Assembly: GCA_050950025.1 (NCBI GenBank)
Contig: JBMNGW010000009.1
Coordinates: forward strand, 10,145 to 74,144
Source of the DNA: Sphaerochaetaceae bacterium
GTDB taxonomy: Bacteria; Spirochaetota; Spirochaetia; Sphaerochaetales; Sphaerochaetaceae
Length of the DNA stretch: 64,000 nucleotides
Reading direction: 5' to 3'
Both the position numbers and the translations under genes were made by a program. The notes beneath the pieces were generated by a model. It saw only the letters and a program-made list of their open reading frames with translations, was not told the DNA's origin and made no database searches. Shown one piece after another: positions 44,060 through 54,355 of this stretch. Numbering within the stretch: position 1 is the first letter of the stretch; every line of letters begins with the position of its first letter.

Positions 44060-45166
44060 TTAGAGATTGAAACGGAAGTGCATCACATCTCCGTCTTGCA
44101 CTTCATACTCTTTACCCTCAATTCGTAATTTACCCGCCTCTTTTAGCTTGACTTCGCTTTTATAGGTAAACAAGTCGGTGCAGTGGTAAACTTCGGCTCT
44201 AATAAACCCTTTTTCAAAGTCGGTATGGATAACCCCTGCTGCCGCGGGAGCTTTATCGCCGGCATGGATTGTCCAGGCCCTATTCTCATCGCTGCCGGCT
44301 GTGAAGAAGGTCCTTAATCCCAATGCATGATAAGCGCTACGAATCAGGGTGTTGAGTCCCGATTCTTTTAGCTGGGAAGCTTCCAAAAACTCCAGTTTTT
44401 CCTCTTCGCTTTCCAAAGCCGCTATTTCTGCCTCTATTTTGCCGCAAATTTCAACAATTTCAGAATTTTCGGCTGCGGCAATTGCTTTAACCGTCTTAAC
44501 GTGTTGGTTGGGCACACCAATCATATTCTCTTCTATGTTGCACACATAAATTACCGGCTTAAGGGTAATCAGGTGCAAATCGCTAAGCAGCTCTTTTTCT
44601 TCGGCACTGAGGCCCAAGTTACGGACCGCTTGGCCTTCAGAGAGCTCTTGTAGCAACCGCTCTAAAAGCGGCAACACTTTTTGAGCTTGCTTGGCAGTCT
44701 CTTTATCTAAGCGCGTCATTTTGGCCAACCGTTGGTACCGTTTATCGACAGTTTCAAAATCGGCTAAGGCTAGCTCAATGTTAATGGTTTCAATATCGCT
44801 AGCAGGGTCAACTTTATTGGCCACATGAATAATGTTTTCATCATCAAAGCAGCGCACCACATGAATAAGGGCTCCGACTTCCCTAATGGATGCTAAAAAG
44901 CGGTTACCCAACCCTTCCCCTTTGGAAGCACCTGCTACCAACCCTGCGATATCGACGAATTCTACCACGGCGGGAATTACTTTTTTGGCCGGGATAAGAG
45001 CCGCGATGGCATCCAGGCGCCGATCGGGAACATTGACTATGCCAACATTAGGATTGATAGTGCAAAAAGGATAATTGGCTGTTTCAGCCGGTGCGTTTGA
45101 GAGCGCAGAAAACATGGTGGATTTGCCAACGTTAGGCAAACCCACGATACCGCAATTTAAACCCAT
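44060..45166 (-). CDS. ychF: redox-regulated ATPase YchF
   Basis: From ATG 45166: MGLNCGIVGLPNVGKST. C-terminal TGS-like region, ending FRFNL. Confidence 0.92.
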   Translation of the reverse strand: MGLNCGIVGLPNVGKSTMFSALSNAPAETANYPFCTINPNVGIVNVPDRRLDAIAALIPAKKVIPAVVEFVDIAGLVAGASKGEGLGNRFLASIREVGALIHVVRCFDDENIIHVANKVDPASDIETINIELALADFETVDKRYQRLAKMTRLDKETAKQAQKVLPLLERLLQELSEGQAVRNLGLSAEEKELLSDLHLITLKPVIYVCNIEENMIGVPNQHVKTVKAIAAAENSEIVEICGKIEAEIAALESEEEKLEFLEASQLKESGLNTLIRSAYHALGLRTFFTAGSDENRAWTIHAGDKAPAAAGVIHTDFEKGFIRAEVYHCTDLFTYKSEVKLKEAGKLRIEGKEYEVQDGDVMHFRFNL

Positions 45167-45262
45167 GGGGGAACCTCTTAATCTGCTTGTAATGCCAGAC
45201 GAGTATACCATATACTGTAAAAAAAGATAAACCAGTGGAGCAGGCCTATCGGCAATTCACCT

Positions 45263-46531
45263 TTGATTACCATTTCTACCCAAAATCCTAAAGCACTACT
45301 TATCACCATTGTTCAAAGTGGCGAAAACCAAATCCAAACTCAAGCTCGGTTGGAAGAATTAGCCAGTTTGGCTCAGACAATGGAAGTCCAAGTGCTTTTG
45401 TCATTAACCATTGTGCTTAATCAAAAACATCCAGCCACCCTAATTGGCTCGGGCAAAGTTGAGGAGCTAAAAAGCCTCATTGACCTCCATAGTGCAGATC
45501 TTATTATTTTTGACCAAGAACTTCCCCCCCGAGCCCAAAGAAACTTAGAAAACAGGCTCGATTGTGCAGTTATCGATCGCCAAGAGGTCATCTTGCAGAT
45601 TTTCAGTGACCGTGCAGCCACCAAAGAGGCCCGATTGCAAGTTGCTTTGGCCCGCCAGCAATACTCGTTGCCGCGCCTTACACGGCGGTGGACCCATTTA
45701 TCACGGCAACGGGGAGGGATGAGAGGCACTCGTGATGCCGGAGAAACGCAGTTGGAGCTCGATCGCAGAATTGTCCTTAATACGATTTCTTCTTTAAAAA
45801 AAGAGTTAAAAAAAGTTGTTTCTCAGCGTTCGGTACAACGCAAATCACGCCTCAATTCTCCTATTGCCACCTGTGCCATTGTTGGCTACACCAATGCCGG
45901 AAAATCTTCCTTACTTAATGCATTAAGCAACAGTTCAGTCTTAGTAGAAAATAAGCTTTTTGCCACCCTTGATCCGACAACTCGCACAATCACCCTCCCT
46001 TTAGGCAAACAAATGCTCTTATCTGATACTGTAGGCTTTGTCAGTAACCTTCCCCACCAGTTAGTTGAAGCGTTCACTTCCACTTTGGAAGAGGCTACGT
46101 ATGCCGATTGTATCCTTCATGTAATTGATGCTTCCCACCCCGATCCTTTAGGCTGTTTTGCGACCACGACCCAAGTTCTTCACTCCTTAGGGTGCTCTGA
46201 AAAGCCAACCATTCTTTTCATTAATAAAATGGATGCCCTTAGTGATGAATTTGCCATTGCCCGCTTAAAAAGCGAACATCCTAAGGCTTTAGAGGGATCG
46301 GTGAAACAGAGAGTTGGAATTGATACATTGCTGCAGGCCTTAGAAGAGGCTGCAACGTACGGGATGGTCCTCAAAAAGTATCTGTTGCCACTCGATCGCG
46401 GCGATCTTCTTGAGCGACTGCGTAATCAGGGGGCCCTATTGTACAGTGAATATATCGATGAAGGAATCACAGTCCAAGCTAAAGTGCCTTCTCACCTTAT
46501 CGATGAGCTAGCCAAATTTGAACAGCTATAG
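45263..46531 (+). CDS. hflX: GTPase HflX
   Basis: GYTNAGKSSLLNAL, DTVGF and NKMD motifs. TTG start, so the N-terminus is uncertain. Confidence 0.88.
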   Translation: MITISTQNPKALLITIVQSGENQIQTQARLEELASLAQTMEVQVLLSLTIVLNQKHPATLIGSGKVEELKSLIDLHSADLIIFDQELPPRAQRNLENRLDCAVIDRQEVILQIFSDRAATKEARLQVALARQQYSLPRLTRRWTHLSRQRGGMRGTRDAGETQLELDRRIVLNTISSLKKELKKVVSQRSVQRKSRLNSPIATCAIVGYTNAGKSSLLNALSNSSVLVENKLFATLDPTTRTITLPLGKQMLLSDTVGFVSNLPHQLVEAFTSTLEEATYADCILHVIDASHPDPLGCFATTTQVLHSLGCSEKPTILFINKMDALSDEFAIARLKSEHPKALEGSVKQRVGIDTLLQALEEAATYGMVLKKYLLPLDRGDLLERLRNQGALLYSEYIDEGITVQAKVPSHLIDELAKFEQL

Positions 46532-46559
46532 TAAAGGCTGCCAAGTTGGCAGCCTTTAC
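46531..46559. terminator. perfect 12-13-bp hairpin between convergent hflX and the OMP-like gene (bidirectional terminator candidate)
   Basis: GTAAAGGCTGCC-AAGTT-GGCAGCCTTTAC. No strong U-tract on either side. Confidence 0.5.
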
Positions 46560-46570
46560 AATGCTAAAAA

Positions 46571-47035
46571 TTAGTCAAAATACCACAAGAATCCCAACGA
46601 AGTGCCAAAGTCGAACTTGATATCAGGATAGACAGCCAGTCCGGGGGCAATTTTAAAGAAAGCTTCGGCAGGGAACTGCTCAAAGAAATAAGAGAGTCCC
46701 ACAGGAACGTTTACAGAGGCGGCAAAAGCTTTAAAATCGGTGGCAATATGAGCTGCTGCGGTTACTCCGGCATTCACATAGAAAGGCAAATCGCCAATGG
46801 CAAACTCATAGACATCATATTGAGCACCCGCTTCAATTGCGATACTTCCGCCATAGTTGTACCCCATGGTTCCAACTACTCTAAAATCGTCCATGCCGTA
46901 CTTGATGGCAACTCCGCTTACCGGATATCCGCCGCTGAGTCCCACACCAAGGCCGTTGGTTTTCATGTAGCTTGCTGCCGTAAGAGGAAGCGCTACAATA
47001 AGAACAAGAGCGAGAACAAGAATTACTTTCTTCAT
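46571..47035 (-). CDS. small beta-barrel-like outer-membrane protein (paralog A)
   Basis: 154-aa ORF with a signal peptide, alternating Gly/aromatic beta-strand pattern and C-terminal ...LGFLWYFD. Confidence 0.55.
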   Translation of the reverse strand: MKKVILVLALVLIVALPLTAASYMKTNGLGVGLSGGYPVSGVAIKYGMDDFRVVGTMGYNYGGSIAIEAGAQYDVYEFAIGDLPFYVNAGVTAAAHIATDFKAFAASVNVPVGLSYFFEQFPAEAFFKIAPGLAVYPDIKFDFGTSLGFLWYFD

Positions 47036-47278
47036 ACTTTCTCCTTTGGGATTATCTCCCAGGGTAACGACTTGTAAACCAGAATACCTGATTTCTTTAT
47101 CCCTATATAAAGGGACAACATAGCCAAAAGTTACACTACCGTCAAGATTATGACATTATTTACGGATTTGTACATCCTTTTATTGCTCTATTTTCTCCCT
47201 ACCCCTTTTTACGTTGGTTTTAGACACTTAACGAACTTTCGTCAATCTGTTATAGTTGTCCGACCATAGGAGGCGGCC

Positions 47279-48892
47279 ATGAAAGATAACCAAAGCAGGC
47301 GGCTTACGCCAAGAGGATTCATTACCGGATTTTTCGGTTTGATTATCATCACCAGCAGCTCTATGTATGTGGCATTGCGTATGGGGGCTTTACCTTGGCC
47401 CACAGTCTTTGTCACTGTTGTCAGCATGGCTATTTTGCGCCTTTTCAAAGGTTCCACCCTGCAAGAAATTAACGTTACCCATACAATGATGAGCGCAGGA
47501 GCCATGGTTGCGGGGGGATTGGCTTTCACTCTTCCCGGCATCTGGATGCTTAACAGCCAAGCCACCTTCCCCCTTCACTCAATTTTAATTCTCACCATTG
47601 TGGGAGCTGTGCTGGGAACCTTGTTCACTGTCATTGCCCGCCAGCGCTATATCGTTGAAGAGGAGCTTCCTTTTCCTATGGGCCAAGCCGCCTACAACAC
47701 TCTAATTGCCAGCACCACGAAAGGCAAAGGGGCTAAAACCCTCTTTATTGCTATGCTCTTTGCCGTAGTATTTACCGTTTTGCGGGATCAATTCCCCCTG
47801 ATTCCTCCAGTTCTGATTCTATTTGGCGGCAGTGCTTTACTACCGGCCTTATCGTTGTGGGTATCTCCGATGGCAGCAGGTATCGGGGCCATTATTGGGC
47901 CGGTACTCTCTTTGGTGTGGTTGGGTGGAGCAGTGTTTGGCTACGTGTTACTGACTCCCATCGGCATTGCACTAAAGCTGTTTGAGAATATCGCTGCTGC
48001 CGATTTGTTTCGCCAAAACCTAGGGATTGGCTTAATGGTGGGAACGGGCATCGGTATTTTAATCAAAGCTTTTATTCAGAAAATTAAAGTTCAAAAGAAG
48101 GGAGAACCCAAAGAATCACCGTTTGCTGTTCTGCCTGCCAAAACACTGATAATTGCCGCTGCTATAGTAATCGCTGCTTTAATTTTGCTAAGTGTCGGCA
48201 CTGAAATCTCCTTTTTGCAGGCAGTAATAACACTCATTGGCATTTATTTGACAACGCAATTAGCAGCGATGCTCACAGGGCAAACTGGCATCAACCCGAT
48301 GGAGATTTTTGGTATCCTTGTGTTATTGGCAATTCAAGTTATTTGGAGCCCTTCCACCAATGCTGCGTTCAGTGTGGCAGCTGTAACTGCCGTAGCCTGT
48401 GGATTAACCGGGGATATGATGAACGACTTAAAGTCGGGTCATTTACTGGGCACCAAAGCACTGAGTCAAATTGTGGCTGAAGGTATCGGCGGAGTTGTGG
48501 GAGCTGTTGTGGCCGTTATTGCCCTGTTTGTCCTTAAAAACTCTTTTGGCGGCTTTGGTTCTGAGCTTTTGCCCGCCCCTCAAGCTAAGGCAGTGACTGC
48601 CATGGTGGGGGGATTGGGCCACGTTCCCGCTTTTATTGTGGGAACAATAATCGGCATCGGCTTATATTTGGGATCCGTGCCGGCAGCCACTTTGGGACTG
48701 GGAATCTACTTACCGTTTAACATCTCTGCCATCATGGGCCTTGGGGCTATTATCTTGATAATCACCAAAGCGCTATTGGGCAAAAACAGATATGCTGTTA
48801 TTGGTGAAAAGACCAACCTTATTGCCAGCGGCTTTTTAGGTGGAGAGGGAATCACCGGCGTATTACTGGCAATTATTGCGATGTTCTCCTAA
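47279..48892 (+). CDS. OPT-family oligopeptide transporter
   Basis: 537-aa ORF with about 14-16 TM segments, LTPRGFITG N-terminus and a typical OPT layout. GGAGG RBS upstream. Confidence 0.8.
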   Translation: MKDNQSRRLTPRGFITGFFGLIIITSSSMYVALRMGALPWPTVFVTVVSMAILRLFKGSTLQEINVTHTMMSAGAMVAGGLAFTLPGIWMLNSQATFPLHSILILTIVGAVLGTLFTVIARQRYIVEEELPFPMGQAAYNTLIASTTKGKGAKTLFIAMLFAVVFTVLRDQFPLIPPVLILFGGSALLPALSLWVSPMAAGIGAIIGPVLSLVWLGGAVFGYVLLTPIGIALKLFENIAAADLFRQNLGIGLMVGTGIGILIKAFIQKIKVQKKGEPKESPFAVLPAKTLIIAAAIVIAALILLSVGTEISFLQAVITLIGIYLTTQLAAMLTGQTGINPMEIFGILVLLAIQVIWSPSTNAAFSVAAVTAVACGLTGDMMNDLKSGHLLGTKALSQIVAEGIGGVVGAVVAVIALFVLKNSFGGFGSELLPAPQAKAVTAMVGGLGHVPAFIVGTIIGIGLYLGSVPAATLGLGIYLPFNISAIMGLGAIILIITKALLGKNRYAVIGEKTNLIASGFLGGEGITGVLLAIIAMFS

Positions 48893-48917
48893 GATGCCCA
48901 GTGGAGGAACACATAGG

Positions 48918-49967
48918 ATGAACCAAAGGCGCAAAATGCCTAAAAGCTTATATGCAATGAAGCCCAATGAACTATTGGGTGCCTTACACTTGGAAAAACC
49001 GTTTCAAGGGCGGCAGATATATCGCTGGCTGACTCGCGGCATTGTTGATTATGAAAAGATGACCGATTTAAGCAAAACCTTGCGCTCTGAGCTACAAGAG
49101 TCGATGCCCTCGGTCCTTTCGACGACTGTGCTTACACACCAAGAAGATGAAACAGGAGCCATAAAAATTGCCCTAAGATTGCACGATGGGCTCATCATTG
49201 AAGCGGTGTTGCTAACCGACGACAAAGGGCGGAGCACTGCCTGTTTATCCAGTCAAGTCGGCTGTGCTATGGGCTGTACCTTCTGTCGTACCGCCACCAT
49301 GGGCTTAGAACGTAATTTACAAGCTTTTGAAATTGTGGAGCAGTTTGTCCATTTGTTACATATCGATCCCTCTGTAAGCCACATTGTGTTTATGGGGATG
49401 GGTGAGCCTATGGCCAACTTTGATGAAGTAATCAAAGCCATCTCTTTTTTACACGATTCGGATGGTTTTAATATTGGCTATCGGCGCATCACTATCAGTA
49501 CCTGCGGCTTAGTGCCGGGAATTAAAGCTTTGGGAGAGCTGAATCTTCCCATTAAATTGGCTGTCTCTTTAGCTGCTGCCGATGATAAACTCAGAACGCT
49601 TTTGATGCCTGTTAACAAAGCTTACCCGCTGGCTGAAGTAAAAGAGGCTCTTGTGGGTTATCAAGCGACTGTGCAAAAGCGATTCACCCTTGAATATGTC
49701 ATGCTCAAAGAGCAAAACACGTCATACGAAGATGCAACAAAATTGGCCTCTTTTATCAGAGGCCTTGATGTCATGGTCAATCTCATTCCTTGGAATCCGG
49801 CAGCTGAGCTTGCCTGGGAAACACCCACAGCAAAAGAGATCAGCCGCTTCACAAAAGCTCTAGAGCAAATGGGAGTCCCCTATACTCGACGCCATGCGCG
49901 CGGTAAAGGTGTCAACGGAGCTTGCGGCCAGTTGGCAGTCCAAACCAGAGGCCGCAATACACAATAA
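48918..49967 (+). CDS. rlmN: 23S rRNA (adenine2503-C2)-methyltransferase, radical SAM
   Basis: ATG 48918 with GGAGG at 48903-48907. Contains CAMGCTFC (CxxxCxxC), GMGEP and C-terminal ACGQL. Confidence 0.9.
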   Translation: MNQRRKMPKSLYAMKPNELLGALHLEKPFQGRQIYRWLTRGIVDYEKMTDLSKTLRSELQESMPSVLSTTVLTHQEDETGAIKIALRLHDGLIIEAVLLTDDKGRSTACLSSQVGCAMGCTFCRTATMGLERNLQAFEIVEQFVHLLHIDPSVSHIVFMGMGEPMANFDEVIKAISFLHDSDGFNIGYRRITISTCGLVPGIKALGELNLPIKLAVSLAAADDKLRTLLMPVNKAYPLAEVKEALVGYQATVQKRFTLEYVMLKEQNTSYEDATKLASFIRGLDVMVNLIPWNPAAELAWETPTAKEISRFTKALEQMGVPYTRRHARGKGVNGACGQLAVQTRGRNTQ

Positions 49968-49986
49968 CAAACATCTAACCAATCAA

Positions 49987-50454
49987 TTAAAACAGATAGT
50001 AAGCTCCGGCAGAGCCAGTAAAGCCCAAGGCTCCACCCCAGTTTACAATTATTTCGGGGCCTGCTTTCACGAAGATCTTCACCGGATAATCATCCATGTA
50101 CCAAGTCCAGGTAACCGGAATCCCCACGGAGACCAGTGTCGCAAATTTACTAAAATAGAGGCCTAAATTACCGCCGACACTTAAATAGAGGTCTAATCCC
50201 CAATCGCTTTGGATAAACGGAGTCGGAAAGTTATAACCTCCTCCCAAGCGCAAAAGAAATGAATTTGACCCATATCCTACATCAGCAGCAGCATATGCAG
50301 AACCAAAATTATATTCACCTGTTGCACCGATATGGAATGGAATTCCAGTGACCAACCCAGCTCCTATTCCATCTCGTGCTTTGCCGGCAAAAACCGCACT
50401 TGTTCCAATCAATACCAGCAGAAGAAGTATCACAGTAAGTTTTTTCATGGCCAC
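49987..50454 (-). CDS. small beta-barrel-like outer-membrane protein (paralog B)
   Basis: 155-aa ORF with the same size, signal peptide and Gly/aromatic pattern as 46571-47035, ending ...AGAYYLF. Confidence 0.55.
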   Translation of the reverse strand: MAMKKLTVILLLLVLIGTSAVFAGKARDGIGAGLVTGIPFHIGATGEYNFGSAYAAADVGYGSNSFLLRLGGGYNFPTPFIQSDWGLDLYLSVGGNLGLYFSKFATLVSVGIPVTWTWYMDDYPVKIFVKAGPEIIVNWGGALGFTGSAGAYYLF

Positions 50455-50550
50455 CTCCTCTTAGACATTCGTCTTGTGCCTCATTTCCAATCTTATCCCC
50501 TCCTTGAAGGATGTCAAGAAGAATAAGATATAACATGTGAGGAAGGTAGG

Positions 50551-50585
50551 TAAAAAAAATGCTCCCGTCCACTGTGGAGGGGAGC
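50551..50585 (-). terminator. intrinsic terminator downstream of alaS
   Basis: On the minus strand, the hairpin GCTCCCCTCCA-CAG-TGGACGGGAGC (one mismatch) is followed by a T8 run (plus-strand A-run 50552-50559). Confidence 0.65.
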
Positions 50586-50593
50586 CTAGATGG

Positions 50594-52378
50594 TTATTTT
50601 TCCAACACTGCTCTGATTCTGCGCACTCCGGCAGAGGAAGATTGCTCTTTTTTGATGACAAAACGGCCCATCGATCCGGTGCTATTTACATGCGGTCCTC
50701 CGCAAACTTCTTTGGAGAAATCGCCGACGCTGTAGACTTTCACTTTCTCATCATACTTACCGTCAAACAGGGCAATCGCATGGGCATTGCGAGCTTGCTC
50801 TAAGGTCATGGTTTCAAAAGAGACGGGCAAATCTTGGTCAATGACATCGTTGACAATTTGCTGAACTTGTTGAATCTCTTCTTTGGTCATTGGTTTGTCG
50901 TGGGTAAAATCAAAACGCAATCTTTCGGTAGTAATGTTTGATCCTTTTTGGGCCACATGGTCACCAAGAACCATAATCAAAGCTTTATGCAAAAGGTGTG
51001 TTGCTGTATGCAAAGCCGTGGTCAGCTCGCTATGATCGGCCAGTCCCCCTTTGAACTGTTGTTCGCTTCCTGCTCGTGAAAGTTCTTGATGCTTTTCATA
51101 CGCAGCTTGAAACCCCTCTAAATCGACGGAAAACCCGTTCTCAGCTGCCAGCTCTTGTGTCAGCTCAATGGGAAAGCCATAGGTGTCGTAGAGTTTGAAA
51201 GCAAGGCGTCCGCTAATGATGCGGCTATTTCCTTTGAGGAGGTTAGGCAACATTTTGGCAAATTCATGCTCCCCTTTTTGTAAGGTATTGGAGAATTTTT
51301 GCTCTTCAAGTTCCAATTCACTGAGGATAAAATCACGATTTTCTGCCAGCTCAGGATAACTGCCTTGGTACATATCAATGACAATCTGGGCCAATGTTCC
51401 AAGAAACTCTCCTTCAATGTGGAGTTTTTTACCGTGGCGAATGGCCCGTCGAATCAGGCGTCGGAGAATATACCCTTGACCAACATTGGAAGGCTTAACC
51501 CCTTTTTGATCTCCTAGGATAAAAACACTGGTACGCGCATGATCGGCAATAATGCGTACCGACACATCAGTTGTTTCATCTTCTGTATAGGTAATAGAAC
51601 TGAGCTCTTCAATTTTCTTAATCAGCGGAATGAAGACTTCTGTCTCATAGACACTCTTTTTTCCCTGTAAAACAGCAATGGTCCGCTCAATACCCATGCC
51701 GGTATCAACGCACTTGCGCTCCATTGGCACGTAGGTATGTTCATGGGTCTTGCGGTATTGCATAAATACATCGTTCCAAATTTCAAAGTACTTACCGCAC
51801 GAGCAGCCGGGGCGACACTGATCAGAGCAAGCGGGTCTGCCTGTGTCGATGAACATCTCTGTATCAGGGCCACAGGGTCCGACTTCTCCTGCAGGTCCCC
51901 ACCAGTTATCTTCACGCGGCAAAAAGTAAATCCGTTCTTGAGGAATTCCTTTATCCAACCAATGTTGAGCCGATTCTTCATCTCGGGGAACTTCATCATC
52001 ACCTTCAAAAACCGTCACAGAGAGTTTATCTTTATCGATGTTCAAATGTTTGGTGAGAAATTCATAACTATAATCAATGGCCTCTTTTTTAAAATAATCG
52101 CCTAACGACCAGTTACCGAGCATTTCAAAAAAAGTGAGGTGATGCGGATCTCCCACCGCTTCAATGTCACCGGTGCGAATGCATTTTTGGTAATTGACCA
52201 AGCGGTTGCCTGCCGGATGCTCTTGACCAAGGATGTAGGGAACCAACGGATGCATCCCTGCTGTGGTAAAGAGGACCGTGGGGTCATTTTCGGGTATTAA
52301 AGAGGCTCCTGAGATCTGTTTGTGATCTTTGGAGACAAAAAAATCGATAAATTTTTGGCGTAGTTCATCTGCTTTCAT
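50594..52378 (-). CDS. alaS: alanine--tRNA ligase, short form (catalytic, tRNA-binding and editing domains, no C-Ala/DHHA1 domain)
   Basis: 594-aa ORF with FTTAGM, FFEMLGNWS, editing-domain HTATHLLH and CGGPHV. It ends right after the editing domain. Confidence 0.9.
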   Translation of the reverse strand: MKADELRQKFIDFFVSKDHKQISGASLIPENDPTVLFTTAGMHPLVPYILGQEHPAGNRLVNYQKCIRTGDIEAVGDPHHLTFFEMLGNWSLGDYFKKEAIDYSYEFLTKHLNIDKDKLSVTVFEGDDEVPRDEESAQHWLDKGIPQERIYFLPREDNWWGPAGEVGPCGPDTEMFIDTGRPACSDQCRPGCSCGKYFEIWNDVFMQYRKTHEHTYVPMERKCVDTGMGIERTIAVLQGKKSVYETEVFIPLIKKIEELSSITYTEDETTDVSVRIIADHARTSVFILGDQKGVKPSNVGQGYILRRLIRRAIRHGKKLHIEGEFLGTLAQIVIDMYQGSYPELAENRDFILSELELEEQKFSNTLQKGEHEFAKMLPNLLKGNSRIISGRLAFKLYDTYGFPIELTQELAAENGFSVDLEGFQAAYEKHQELSRAGSEQQFKGGLADHSELTTALHTATHLLHKALIMVLGDHVAQKGSNITTERLRFDFTHDKPMTKEEIQQVQQIVNDVIDQDLPVSFETMTLEQARNAHAIALFDGKYDEKVKVYSVGDFSKEVCGGPHVNSTGSMGRFVIKKEQSSSAGVRRIRAVLEK

Positions 52379-52417
52379 GGCTTTGAATACTATGGAAGGA
52401 GTACTTTTGTGTCAAGC

Positions 52418-53317
52418 TTAGTCAAAAAGCGGAAGCTGTTCTTTAGAAGAAATAAACAGTGTTTTATAGAGCTCTTCGGCTCTTTTGATCACCACTGTAT
52501 GCGGTAACAGTGAAAGGCGCCGCGGCCAAGAAAGGCTTCGGTTGTCCAAAGCATGTTGAAACAGAGCGACTTGCCTGCCAATGTGCGCAGCATGCTCTGC
52601 CTGCCCTACTGCCGTCCCTCCATCGCGATCTTCAACAACAAGAGTTGCTCGACATAAAGCATTCATCAGCTGCCCTTTAAGTAGCACATGCCACGCTTTT
52701 GGCTCAACTGTGGGAGGAATCTGCGTTACGACAGCCCCGTTAGAAAGTATCTTGTTATAAAGGGCAAGACGATTACTTTGCACAGGCTGAACCAAAGAAG
52801 TCTGCAAAACTGCCAGTGCAGGCACTTTCATGGCAGCTGCACTTAAAAGTGCAGTCCCTTCTATTCCCACCGCCATTCCCGAGGCAATAACCACAGGATG
52901 TTCAACTAAAGCATGAACGCTCTTTTTGGCCGTTTCAATCCCTTCGACACTGGCTGTTCGTGTACCGACAATAGCCAATGAGGCCTTTTTTAACCAATCT
53001 GGATTGCCTCTTAAATATAAAAAACGGGGAGGCTCTTCCAATTGCCTTAGCGCTTGCGGATACAACGGATCTTTAGTCGAAATGACCATATCGTGCAACG
53101 TGAGTTTGGCATACTGTGCCCGTACCCAAAAAAGGCTTTCTGAAAGCTTATTGGGTGAGAGCGAAGTTGCCTCGGCATACAAGCCAATGTGGTCTAAAAA
53201 AGGCTCTGCAAGCGAGATCTCCTTCTCAATCTGATTGACTAAGATTTCAACTTTTTGTTGGTCTTGCAGTGCATGTATAAGGGTATGGTAATTGATTGCT
53301 TCAGTACGGCTGTCCAT
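52418..53317 (-). CDS. dprA: DNA-processing protein DprA/Smf
   Basis: 299-aa ORF with LAIVGTRTAS and IASGMAVGIEG Rossmann-like DprA core. Confidence 0.82.
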   Translation of the reverse strand: MDSRTEAINYHTLIHALQDQQKVEILVNQIEKEISLAEPFLDHIGLYAEATSLSPNKLSESLFWVRAQYAKLTLHDMVISTKDPLYPQALRQLEEPPRFLYLRGNPDWLKKASLAIVGTRTASVEGIETAKKSVHALVEHPVVIASGMAVGIEGTALLSAAAMKVPALAVLQTSLVQPVQSNRLALYNKILSNGAVVTQIPPTVEPKAWHVLLKGQLMNALCRATLVVEDRDGGTAVGQAEHAAHIGRQVALFQHALDNRSLSWPRRLSLLPHTVVIKRAEELYKTLFISSKEQLPLFD

Positions 53318-53410
53318 GGATTCTCAGTGTATAAGCAGAAGCAAAGGGAAGCAAGATAGGCTTTAACCTAGCACCACCTCTTTAGTGCTCTTTATTGGCA
53401 ATCTCAGAGG

Positions 53411-54355
53411 TTAGCCCACTCTAAGTCTGTTTATTCTTGAACCTATCAACTCTTTGTAGTTTGTTTGCTCTTTAGTGGGTAACAAGCTTTGGTCAATCTC
53501 TTCATAAAATCGGCCCTTCAAGCTCATCAGCCGATTCATCAGAGTCTCTGATGCTTTGGCATTAATGCCATAAGCTTCAGCTAAGTATAAAAAGTCAGCT
53601 CTATTAAGCTTGCTCCGTTTTCCTCGTAACGTAAGAGCACTCTCTTCTAAGTCTTCTTTGAGTATGAGATTAGTAGGAAGTAAATCATAGGCTGGTGTTA
53701 ACACATACTGCAGGTTATCAGGGGCATATAAAGAGAAGTTCTTTAAGTGCATATCACTGTTGCCGGTAATAAAAGAGAAAACAAGGAGGGACCACAAGGT
53801 AATAGCATCGAGTAAGCGAGGCGAGTAGCGTTTCAATATTTTGCCAAGGTGCTCATATGATGAACGATATTTATCTTCAGTTAATCTTTCTCCAAGCTGA
53901 CAAAAATCTTCCATCGCTATTTTTTTATTATGAAGTCGATCAATACGTTTACATAAATATGCATATTCTCCATCTTCTAGACGATAAAGAGCATGTTCGA
54001 CAGTCTCAATGTTTGCTAATGAGGCCAGATGCATTGTCAGATGTTCAAATTCAGGGAGATAGGGATATTCCTTACTGGGAAGTTTAAGGATATACCCAAG
54101 GGGCTGACCAATGAGTGTTAATTGGCCTTTGCCTAGTTCACCTGATAAATGCAAAGATAATTTCTTTTGGACACCCGGTACAGCATATCCCTCTTGCACA
54201 CTCTGCGTTACAGCTTGTTCAAGAAACTCACTTGTAAGGTTAAGGGGAGGTAGGACCGATACACCAAAAAACTGCTTAACACATGATGAATGCCACTGAT
54301 TTTGGTGATGTTCATCTGTTATTGGTCTATTACAATGCAAACATCTTTTTTTCAT
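53411..54355 (-). CDS. hipT: HipT-type HipA-family Ser/Thr kinase toxin (kinase core only) with N-terminal CxxC...HxxC element
   Basis: 314-aa ORF with Gly-rich loop VPGVQKKLSL and catalytic loop GNSDMHLKNFS. The N-terminal HipA subdomain is missing and is encoded separately upstream. Confidence 0.8.
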   Translation of the reverse strand: MKKRCLHCNRPITDEHHQNQWHSSCVKQFFGVSVLPPLNLTSEFLEQAVTQSVQEGYAVPGVQKKLSLHLSGELGKGQLTLIGQPLGYILKLPSKEYPYLPEFEHLTMHLASLANIETVEHALYRLEDGEYAYLCKRIDRLHNKKIAMEDFCQLGERLTEDKYRSSYEHLGKILKRYSPRLLDAITLWSLLVFSFITGNSDMHLKNFSLYAPDNLQYVLTPAYDLLPTNLILKEDLEESALTLRGKRSKLNRADFLYLAEAYGINAKASETLMNRLMSLKGRFYEEIDQSLLPTKEQTNYKELIGSRINRLRVG

